Shown: piece after piece, positions 40,101-52,100 of the stretch
How the letters are laid out: each line of letters begins with the position of its first letter
Position numbering within the stretch: position 1 is the first letter of the stretch
Assembly: GCF_044704955.1 (NCBI RefSeq)
Contig: NC_091987.1
Location: 68,944,001 to 69,008,000 of the forward strand
Length of the DNA stretch: 64,000 nt
Direction: 5' to 3'
From: Pristiophorus japonicus
Lineage: Eukaryota
Notes under the pieces: model-generated
Databases searched by the model: none
What the model was told of the DNA's origin: nothing
What the model saw: only the letters and a program-made list of their open reading frames with translations
Made by a program: the position numbers and the translations under genes

Positions 40101-43100
40101 TTTGGGGCTATGTTGATGTCAATGATGGATCGGATCAGGCGGAAGTCCGTCCAGCAGTCGTCAACTCCTGTCATGGCGCAGGTGATGCGCACATCCTTGC
40201 GATCCCTGGCTCAGACGATGACACTTTTGTCATGTGGAGAGAGGCCAACTCTCTTGCCCCCAGAACTGCAGGCCAATGCTGCATTAAATTCAATGGCCTG
40301 ATGAGGGCAGACAAGGTAACACACTGGCTGCTCTCTTTCTTCCTTTGGTAGCAGCGCACCCTTCAGGCGCAGCTTTCTACACTCTTCTTTCTCTTTAAAC
40401 CCAAGGGGGTTATACTTATTCATTCTTGGCTTGTACTCCCATTTCCTGTAGATCCAATGCAGCAATAGGGTCTGATGATGAAGAACAGAAAAGAATGGAA
40501 ATCATCTTTGTGGACTGTGAGGATGACTATCCTGAGGGGGATAATAATGATGGAGAGGATGTGAAGGTCAAGCTCGGCAAAAAAGCACATCAGTTACCTG
40601 ACGTGTGCGTAGCCAATATTACACAAATTCCCCCGTGCCAGCCTGAAATGCCGGGTGCCATAAATGTTGAGTGCAGTTGTGACTTTCACCCCAGCAAACA
40701 GTTGTCAGGGCAGATGACCATGCCTGCAGGTCCTTCATGCAGCTTTCCTATTGCCTCTTTGATGACATGCAGCGTTCAATACATATACCCTCTCTAAGGT
40801 CTTCTCGGGACCTGCATTTCATGTATATACTTTTGGGGATGGAGGGGAGGGTAATATTTTGTGGCCTCGCTCTCCTTTCCTCCATCCTCTCTCCTCCCTC
40901 CTGTGGAAGGAGAGGGGGGCAAAATATCATGGTGTCGTACATTCCCACAGACAGTGAGGAGCAATCCAAGGCTGAAAGCGGGAAAAAAATCATTCAAACG
41001 TAATTCCCAGCTGCAGTAATTGCGACTCAAACTTTCAGCTGTCCTCGGGCTCAAAAGCTCCTTACTTTCACCAGTACCAGCTGATCCTAGCAGCAGCTGC
41101 GCCTTATAAAATTTGTTATGGGGATTTGGGTGGTGCTAGAAAGGCCACATTATTGCTCATCCCTATTTTTCCTGGTGGTGGTGGGACTTCTGGAACTGCT
41201 GCAATCCTTGTGGCAGTGGTGCTCCCACAAAGTGCGAAAGAGGGAATTCCCAGATATTGATATTGAGTGAAGATTTAGGAACAATGATACAAGTCAAGTC
41301 AGGATGGTGTATCAATTGGAAGGGAGCTTGGAAATGATGGCGTTTCCAAGTTCTTGTCCTTCTCGGTGATGGAAGGTGCTCTTGAAGTAATCTTGGTGAG
41401 TTGCTGCAATACATCCTGTAGATTATAAATAGTGCAGCCATATTGTGCTGGTAGTGAACAGGCCGGATTTTGAGTCCAGCAGTAAGGGGCAGCAATCGAA
41501 CAAACTGCCTTAACCTGGATAATGTTGAGTATCTTCCTGTTGTTGCCACACACATACAGGCATGTTTATCATATCCCTGACTTGAGCTTTGTAAAATGGT
41601 GAATAGACTTTGAATTATGGGGATGCACTACCCATCATTGCAAATTGACTGTTGTGTTTGCCTACATTGCAGGAGTGACAATAATTCACAGCCAATTAAT
41701 TCGCTGTAAAGTGCTTTGGGATATCCTGAGGTCATGAAAAGGTGCTATATAAATACTCTTTTCTCATTCAAATTCACTCACCAATATTTTTCATGCCTGT
41801 TTGATTGTGGTGGAATTAGTATCTGAATTAGACCTCTATGTATGTAACAGTTCCACATTATCTTGTGGTCTCTTACTTTCCCAGTCTCAATAGTTTCTTA
41901 ATGTACAAATAAATTGAATGTTGAGGCTGAATTTACCATTTTGTTGCATGAAACTATTATTGGTCATTTCTCTCTCAGTGTAATAATTTCTCAGTGGACC
42001 AGCATGCTGCACGTGGTGGCAGGTCACTTGGATCAAATCAGCCTTACCTATGTTACTCTGGACGGCTCTGTGACTCCTAAACATCGTATGGATCTCGTAG
42101 AGGAATTTAACACTGACCCTAAAGGACCTCAGGTACCAACTGGCTGCTCTTTTGGGTTTTCTTGTGGGAAAAGAACCACTGATCCAGAATACTAAGGGAG
42201 CTTTGTTTTATTTCCAATTATCTTAGTTGAAGGTGCTAATGTGTGATCAGGTACAGTTGTTGGCATCCTTCTAGTACTGTACAAATTTGTGAACTTTGAG
42301 CGAGGTTAGGCTGTGCTTAACTTTGGTGCATACACTTTCCCCTTACCCCTCGGGAAAATAGCCCTGTAACACTTCCAGTCTAACCTTGTATATGAGGAAT
42401 GGATGTTTGGATGAGGTACTAGAACGCTGCTGGTACCCATGGGACCATATTCCAGCATGTGTCACCATCTTTGAGAGGTGGAAAGAAAATTGGACAAAAA
42501 TAAATTCTATCGTGGTTTGCATGCGGTGGTTTATATATCGGGTATTTCAACAATGGTGCCCATTACTAAAAATGTAATACAAGTTCATTGCATGTTGGGA
42601 AATCTATGGATATAGTCAAATCTACTTGGTTAAATCACTGTTTGTATGCGCTCTGTTTATTTAAATATGGGGGTCCTTTATTTAAACCTGTGTGGTATCA
42701 GTAATGTGTAGTTTCTAAGACTTGATTATCTTGGGCATGCTTTCTTTCTAAATACTTACTCTTTTATCACAGGTCATGTTGGTCTCTCTGTGTGCTGGGG
42801 GTGTGGGTTTGAATCTCATTGGAGGCAACCATCTTTTCCTGTTAGATATGCACTGGTAAGATTAAGAATCAACACTAATGCAGATAGTTACAGCATGTAT
42901 TAAAATGCGATATTGGAAGAAAGGATACCTATTCCTTGCTGGACTGTGCGTGTGGATAGTTTTACAATGTTGCCTATAAACAACTACCTGATTTCAAACA
43001 TTTCAATTATCAATGTATTAAATCATGTTAATACCACACTGTAATGTATGCTCACAGGTTTGTAGAGCTGTTGAGTTCGGAGTCACGTGATGTTCACAAG

Positions 43101-46100
43101 ACTCAATAAAACCCCAGCCAGTTGGGTTCGGGGGATCCACGATGAAGCAGGTGGTTGTGAGCCTGGTGGATGAACTGGTTGTTCATCCACCAGGCTCATT
43201 GTTAAACCTTTTGTTAAACCTGTTGTGATTGTTAAACCTTTTGCTAATAAACCAACTAGTTCTTAATAGCAATGTGTTGCTGTTAATTCTTAAGCAAAGA
43301 ACCCATGAAGTAAATACATTACACACATCACATTGGAGTTCAGAAGAATGAGAGATGATCTTATTGAAACATATAAGATAATGAGGGGTCTCGACAAAGT
43401 GGATGCAGAGAGGATATTTCCACTCATAGGGGAAACTAAAACTTGGGGACATAGTCTCAGAATAAGAGGTCGCCCATTTAAAACTGAGATGAGGAGGAAT
43501 TTCTTCTCTGAGGGTTGTAAATCTATAGAATTCTCTGCCCCGGAGAGCTGTGGAGGCTGGATCATTGAATATATTTAAGGCGGAGATAGACAGATTTTTG
43601 AGCAATAAGGGAGTAAAGGATTATGGGGAGTGGGCAGAGAAGTGGAGCTGAGTCCATGATCAGATAAGCCATGATCTTATTGAATGGCGGAGCAGGCTCG
43701 AGGGGCCAAATGGCCTACTCCTGTTCCTATTTCTTATGTTCTCCCGCTCTCCCTCTTGCTTCTCCTGCCCCTCTCCTGCTTCCCCTAACCAAAGCTCAGC
43801 TGTGTTGGGGCAGTCTCAGCCAGGGACCATTTCAGACAAGCTAGGTCTAATTAACCAAATTCAGATAATCTTATTAGCATAACTGAGTCACCAATTTATA
43901 TAGCGTTTAATGTCTTGATAATGTGGATTATTCATAAAACCAACACTAATGCAATGGTGTATGCTGCTAATGTATTTTATGCATCTTATAATCCAAACTC
44001 CTTTGCATTTTATTTGTCTCGAGGTAGCACCTACATGATATTTGCAGGAGGTGTTCACAAATTTGCTAGTTTGTCAAAAAAGTCTGAAAGTTTAAAAAAA
44101 ATGTTTGTCTTGACAAATCTAAAACTGTTTTGGTATTAAAATTAATGAAGTAGTATTAATTATTTAATTCCTTCAGTAAATTTCCTTATGTACTTTAGAC
44201 AGGTCAAATTCATGAATGCACCCAATTGTGTTTTCAGGAACCCAGCACTGGAGGAACAGGCATCTGATCGAATTTACCGGGTGGGACAGCGCAAAAATGT
44301 CACTGTGCACAGGTAACTGAGAAGACATCAAACTAGGAATCCTATATTCCCTTTCTGAAGGAGTGAAAATGAATGGGAAGGATAAATGAAAATCATTCAT
44401 TTTAATTTTGCATAACACTGATGCATTTGAAAATGAAATTCAATACTAATTATGTTCAAACATACAGCAGCAATGCATTTGAATGAAGCACCTATTGTTC
44501 ATGAATCTGTCCTATTGTATATTGCAAACCGCTTCACAAATCGAGAGACAGACACCTGGCAGCCACTTCCATGACTACTCCATACTTCTAAACTTTCTCC
44601 TTGTCGCAATTTCTCCTCAGTTTATTGAGCTGCTACAGTTTCTACATTTACTGCTTAGAATTTAAACTTTAAAATCTACATATATGCTCTTTGTGCAAAG
44701 TTATTTGTAAATATAATTCTTATTATATTCACTTTAGTTTTAGAATAGTGGGAGGAAAGTGACAGCCAGATAAATCAGGTGTAGGATAAAGAGCAACTGA
44801 GAGGGAGAATGGCAGCCGTCAGGACAGCAGAAACTTTGAGAATTCAGTTTGATACTTCAGGTACAATAAAAACAGAGTTGATGGAAGACTTTAATTTTCA
44901 TATAGATTGGGAAGAGCAGAGTATCTCTAGTGACTTTTTTTGGAATGCACTCAAGATAGTTTTCTGGAGCAATATGTTCTAGCACCAACAAGAGGGCTTG
45001 TCTTTACTAGATTTAGTAATGAACCAGGCTTAGTTAATAATCTAACGGTAAGGGAAAATTTTACAACAGTGATCATAATATGATTGCCACTTTAACAGTT
45101 TCCAGTTTCCTGGCCCCAACCGTCTCCTTTTCACCATGAACGTCCAATCCCTCTACACTTCCATCCCCCACCAGGACGGCCTGAGGGCGCTCCGCTTCTT
45201 CCTCGAGCAGAGGCACAACCAGTCCCCATCCATCACCACCCTCCTCCGCCTGGCTGAACTCGTTCTCACATTGAACAACTTATCCTTTAACTCCACTCAC
45301 TTCCTCTAAATTAAAGGAGTTGCTATGGGAACCCGCATGGGTCATAGCTATGCCTACCTTTTCGTGGAATATGTGAAACATTCTTTGTTCCAGTCCGACT
45401 CTGGTTCCCTCCCTCACCTCTTTTTCCGGTACATTGATGACTGTATCGGTGTCATTTCCTGCTCTCGCCCTGAACTAGAAAATGTCATTCACTTTGCATC
45501 CAATTTCCACCCTTCCCTCACCTTCACATGGCCCATCTCCGACTCTTCCCTTTCCTCCCTCGACCTCTCTGTCTCCATTTCTGGGGATAGACTATTGACA
45601 AACATTCACTATAAACCCACTGACTCCCACAGCTACCTGGACTACACTTCCTCCCACCCAGCATCCTGTAAGGATCCATTCCATTCTCCCAGTTTATTTG
45701 TCTCCATTGCATCTGCTCTGACGACACCACCTTCCACACCAGTGCATCTGTCATGTCTTCCTTTTTCCCCAACCGAGGATTCCCCTCCGCCGTGGTTAAC
45801 ATGGCCCTCGACTGTGTCCGTTCTATTTCCCGCACCTTTGCTCTCACCCTTTCCCCTCCCTCTCAGAACCATGACTGGGTTCCCCTTGTCCTCCTCTTTC
45901 ACCCCACCATCCACATTCAATGGATCATCCTATAAGAACATAAGAATTAGGAACAGGAGTAGGCCATCTAGCCCCTCGAGCCTGCTCCGCCATTCAACAA
46001 GACCATGGGGACTCCGCTCCACTTATCCTCCATTTCTGCCACCTCCAGCGTGATCCCACCACCAATCATGTCTTCCCCTCCCCTCCCCTCCCCCCTCAGC

Positions 46101-49100
46101 GTTCCGAAGGGACTGCTCCCTCTGCGACACCCTGGTCCATTCCACAGTCGCCCCCAGCAGCCCCTCCCCTTCCCACGGCACCTTCCCGTGCAAGTGCAGG
46201 AGATGCAACACCTGCCCTTTTACCTCCTCCCTTCCACTGTCCAGGACCCCAAACACTCCTTCCAGGTGAATCAGCGATTTACTTGTACTTCTTTCAATTT
46301 AATATACTGTATTCGCTGCTCACGGTGTGGTCTCCTCTTCATTAGAAGACCAAACGCAGATTGGGTGACCGCTTTACGGAACATCTCCGTTCAGTCTGCA
46401 AGTGTGACCCTGAGCTTCTGGTCGCTTGTCACTTTAGTTCTCTACTCCACTCCCACTCTCATATCTCCGTCCCCAGCATCCTACACGGTTCCAATGAAGC
46501 TCAGCACAAGCTCGAGGAACAGCACCTCATCTTTCGTTTAGGCACTTTACAGCCCTCTAGACACAACATCGAGTTTAACAATTTCAACCATAACCCCTGC
46601 CCATATTTTGCTCCCTTTCCTCCTTTTTTTAAACCCCCCTCACCGATCTTATGTATTTTTTTCTCTCTGTTTCCCATGGCAGCTGGTAATTATTCTGAAT
46701 CATCATCATCATAGGCAGTCCCTCGGAATCGAGGAAGACTTGTTTCTGCTCTTAAAATGAGTTCTTAGGTGGCTGAACAGTCCAATTCGAGAACCACAGT
46801 CCCTGTCACAGGTGGGACAGATAGTTGTTGAGGGTAAGGGAGGGTGGGACAGATTTGCTGTACACTCTTTCCGCTGCCTGCGCTTGATTTCTGTATGCTC
46901 TCGGCGATGAGACTCGCGGTGCTCTGCACCCTCCTGGATGCACTTCCTCCACTTAGGGCGGTCTTTGGCCAGGGACTCCCAGGTGTCGGTGGGGATGTTG
47001 CACTTTATCAGGGAGGCTTTGAGGGTGTCCTTATAACGTTTCCTCTGCCCACCTTTGGCTCGTTTGCCGTGAAGGAGTTCCGAGTAGAGCGGTTGCTTTG
47101 GGCGTCTTGTGTCTGGCATGCAGACAATGTGGCCTGCCCAGCGGAGCTGATCAAGTGTGGTCAGTGCTTGAATGCTGGGGATGTTGGCCTGGTCGAGGAC
47201 GTTAATGTTGGTGCGTCTGTCCTCCCAGGGGATTTGTAGGATCTTGCGGAGACATCGTGGTGGTATTTCTCCAGCGACTTGAGGTGTCTACTGTACATGG
47301 TACATGTCTCTGAGCCATACAGGAGGTGGGTATTACTACAGCCTTGTAGACCATGAGCTTGTTGGTAGATTTGAGGACCTGGTCTTCGAACACTCTTTTC
47401 CTCAGGCGGCCGAAGGCTGCACTGGCGCACTGGAGGCGGTGTTGAATCTCGTCATCGATGTCTGCTCTTGATGATAAGAGGCTCCCGAGATATGGGAAAT
47501 GGTCCACGGTGTCCAGGGCCTCGCCTGAAACGTCCTGAAACGTTAACTCTGCTTCTCCCTCCACAGATGCTGTCTGACCCGTTGAGATTTCCAGCATTTA
47601 CTGTTTTTATTTCAGATTCCAGCATCCGCAGTATTTTGCTTTTGTATATTATGATCAATGTCAGTTCAGCCATGATCTTATTGAATGTCAGAGCAGGCTC
47701 GAGGGGCCAAATGGCCTACTCCTGCTCCTATTTCTTATGTTCTTGGGTTTGAAAAGGAGAAACGTAACGCAGTTAAGATCTAGATTTTAGTATGGCTAAC
47801 TTTAATGGGATGAGACAGAGACTGATGACAACAAACTAGTCAAATCTGTTAGTAGGTAAAACTACAGATGAACAGTGGGAGATATTCAAAAATTAATTTA
47901 TCTTAATACACGACCAATATATAAGGGGCAAGAGCTCTACATACCAGATAAACGCCCATGGTCGACAAAAGATGTGAGGGATAACATACGACTAAAGAAA
48001 AGAGCATATAAAAGTGCAAAGAATAGTTTGATCCAGGGGACTGGGAGAGATGCAAAGAACAGGAAAGGAAAACATAAAAAGATAGTAAGAACTACAAAAA
48101 GGAATACAAAAAGAAACTTGCAAAGGATATCACAAAGGATAGCACAAAGATTCTGCAATTATATTAGAAGAAAAAGGTAATATGAGCCTTTCAAATACAT
48201 TTGCGGGTAATATTGCAAATGAAAATGAGGAAATGGCAAATTGTTGAATAATTACTTTTTGTCATTATTCACAGTAGAGGAAGAGGATAATATACCTGAC
48301 ATTCTAGGGAAATTAATAATGAATCAAGGACTGGAACTCACTAAAGTTAAAGTAGGCTAGAGAACAGTATTAGAAAAATGATTGCACTAAAGACTGACAA
48401 ATCCCCCGGACCTGATGGTTTCCACCCCAGGGTTTTACTGGGGCTCCTTGTTACCACACTCGGTCAAAGGCTATCTTGATGTCAAGGGCAGTCACTCTCA
48501 CCTCAGTTCTTTTGTCCATGATTGAACTAAGGCTGTAACGAGGCATGGAGCTGAGTGGTCCTGACAGAACCCAAACTGAGCATCGGTAAGCAGGTTATTG
48601 GTTAATGTTGCTTGATAGCACTATTGACGACACCTTCCATCACTTTGCTGATGATTGAGAGTAAGCTGCTGGGGCAGTAATTGGCCGAATTGGATTTGTC
48701 CTGCTTTTTGTGGACAGGACCTGGGCAATTTTCCACTTTGTCAGGTAGATACCAGTTTTGATACCGATCCGAGAACAGCTTGGCGCGATACACAGCTAGT
48801 TCTAGAGTGCAAGTCTTCAGTACTACAGCTTGGATGTTGTCTGGGCCAATAGCCTTTGCTGCATCCAGTGCGCTCAGCCATTTCTTGATATCACGTAGCG
48901 TGAATCAATTTGGCTGAAGATTGGAATCTGTGATGTTAGGGACCTTAGGAAGAGGCCAAGAAGCATCATCTACTCTGTACTTCTGGCTGAAGATGGTTAT
49001 GATCGCTTCAGCCTTGTCTTTTGTACTCGAGTGCTGGGCTCCCTCGCCATTGAGGATGGGAATGCTTATCCTCCTTCCATTAGTTGTTTAATTGTTCAGT

Positions 49101-52100
49101 CCTGCCACATCTAATGGTGAAGAGCTTTGATCTGATCTGTTATTTATGGGATCGCTTGGCTCTGCCTAGCATGCTGCTTCTGCTATTTAGCTCTGTGTTG
49201 TAGCTTTCATCAGGTTGGCACCTCATTTTCAGCAATGCCTGGCATGCTCTTCTACACGCCTCATTGAACCAGAGTTGGTCACCTAGCTTGATGGTAATGG
49301 TAGAGTAAGGAATATGCCGGGCCATGAGATTACAAATTGTGGTGCAATACAATTCTGCTGCTGCTGCTGATGGCCCACAGCGCCTCATGGATGCCCAGTT
49401 TTGAGCTGATAGATCTGTTCTGAGTCTATCCCATTTAGCACGGTGGTAATGCCACACAACACAATGAAGAGTGTCCTCGGTGTGAACTTGGAGCTTCATC
49501 TCCACATGGACTGGGTGATGGTCACTCCTCCCAACACTGTCATGTACAGTTGTATCTGCGACAAGTAGATTGATGAGGACAAGGTCAAGTTTTTCCTTCG
49601 TTCATCTCCTGCCGCAAGCCCATTCTGGCAGCTATGTCCTTCAGGACTTGGTCAGTTGTGATGCTACTGAGTCACACTTTGTGATGGACACTGAAATAAC
49701 CCATCCAGAGTATATTCTATGCCCTTGCTACCACAGTGCTTCTTCCAAGTGGTGTTTAACATGATTCATCAGCTGAGAGAGGGCGTTTCGTGGTAATCAG
49801 CAAGGTTTCCTTACCCATGTTTGGCAAGGTGCCATGAAACTTCATGGGGTCCAGAATCAATGTTGAGAACTCCCAAGGCCACTCCCTCCCGACCGTATAC
49901 CATTGTGTCACCACCTCGGGTGGGTCTGTCCTGCCGGTGGGACAGGACATTCCCAGGGATGGTGATGGAGAAGTCTGGGACTTTGGCTGAAAGGTATGAT
50001 TCTGTGAGTATGACTATGTGAGGCTGTTGTGTGACTAGACTTTGGGACAACTTTCCCAATTTTGACACAAGTCCCCAGATGTTGGTGAGGAGGATTTTGC
50101 AGGGTTCGCTGGGCTCGGTGTGCCGTTGTCATGTCCGAATCAGAGGTCGATGCTGGGTGGTCCGACCGGTTTTATTCTTACTGTAGTTTTTGTAATGGTT
50201 TGTTACAACTGAGTGGCTTGCTAGACCATTTCAGAGGGCAGTTAAGAGTCAATCACATTGCTATGGGTCTGGTGTTGTATATAGGCCAGACCAGGTAAGG
50301 AGGCAGATTTCCTTCCCTAAAGTACATTAGTGAACCAGTTGGGGGTTTTACAACAATCCAATAGCTTCATCGGTCACCATCACTGATGGTAGCTTTTTAT
50401 TCCAGATTTTTTTTTCAATTAGCTGAAATCAAATTCACAAACCGCCGTGGTGCGAGTTGAACTCACGATTCTGGATTATTATTCCAATCCCCTGGATTAC
50501 TATTCCTGTAACATAACCACGATGCTACTGTACCCTAACCAGAATATTACCAGGGCTCCGAGGGTTAAATTATGAGGAGAGATTAGGTAAATTAGGCTTG
50601 TATTCCCTGGAATAATAGAAAGTTAAGGGGTAATTTGATTTGAGGTTTGTAGGATTTTGAAAGGAATCGATGGGGTCGATAGAGAGAAACTTTTTAAGCT
50701 GGTGGAGGAGTCTAGGACAAGTGGACATAACCTTAAAAGCAGAATCAGGCTATTCAGGAGAGAGGTTAGGAAACAGGGCTTCACAGAAATGGTGGTAGAA
50801 GTGTAGAACTCTCTCCCACAAAAAACAGTAGATGCTAGCTCAATTAATAATTTTAAATCTGAGATATATAGATTTTTGCAAGCCAAGAGTATTCAGGGAT
50901 ATGGAGCCAAGGCAGGTAAATGGAATAGGATACAGATCAGGCATGGTCTCATTGAATGGTGTAACAGGCTCGAAGGGCTGAATGGCCTACTCCAGTTCCT
51001 ATGTAAATCATTCTCTCTTGGATCAGTGAGTGCCACAGTTTTAAAGCACTTTAGTATCTGCATTCTCAGCTTTTTTGAAAAAGTTAATTTGAACACGTGT
51101 CTACATCAAGGTCCCAGGCCTTGTTGAAAAGGACAAAGTGTGTTTCAGGCCAGGCTTATAATCTGCAGACCCTGAAAATATAGCATTCTATCTGGGTCAA
51201 AGTGTCCCTTGAATCGTTATCAATTTTCACCAGTTTCAGATGGATCCGATTGTTTATTGCAGCTGAAGTTAGAACGTGTTACATAGAAACATAGAAAATA
51301 GGTGCAGGAGTAGGCCATTCGGCCCTTCTAGCCTGCACCGCCATTCAATGAGTTCATGGCTGAACATTCAACTTCAGTACCCCATTCCTGCTTTCTCGCC
51401 ATACCCCTTGATCCCCCTAGCAGTAAGGACCTCATCTAACTCCTTTTTGAATATATTTAGTGAATTGGCCTCAACAACTTTCTGTGGTAGAGAATTCCAC
51501 AGGTTCACCACTCTCTGGGTGAAGAAGTTCCTCCGCATCTCGGTCCTAAATGGCTTACCCCTTATCCTTAGACTGTGACCCCTGGTTCTGGACTTCCCCA
51601 ACATTGGGAACATTCTTCCTGCATCTAACCTGTCTAACCCCGTCAGAATTTTATATGTTTCTATGAGGTCCCCTCTCATTCTTCTGAACTCCAGTGAATA
51701 CAAGCCCAGTTGATCCAGTCTTTCTTGATAGGTCAGTCCCGCCATCCCGGGAATCAGTCTGGTGAACCTTCGCTGCACTCCCTCAATAGCAAGAATGTCC
51801 TTCCTCAGGTTAGGAGACCAAAACTGTACACAATACTCCAGGTGTGGCCTCACCAATGCCCTGTACAACTGTAGCAACACCTCCCTGCCCCTGTACTCAA
51901 ATCCCCTTGCTATGAAGGCCAACATGCCATTTGCTTTCTTAACCGCCTGCTGCACCTGCATGCCAACCTTCAATGACTGATGTACCATGACACCCAGGTC
52001 TCTTTGCACCTCCCCTTTTCCTAATCTGTCACCATTCAGATAATAGTCTGTCTCTCTGTTTTTACCACCAAAGTGGATAACCTCACATTTATCCACATTA

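Noticed and set aside
46680-47645. Penelope-associated hammerhead ribozyme
   Set aside because: Only a CCTGAAACG-type 3' half is visible near 47524-47545; no intact CTGANGA core was found, and the region is disrupted by the RTE insertion.
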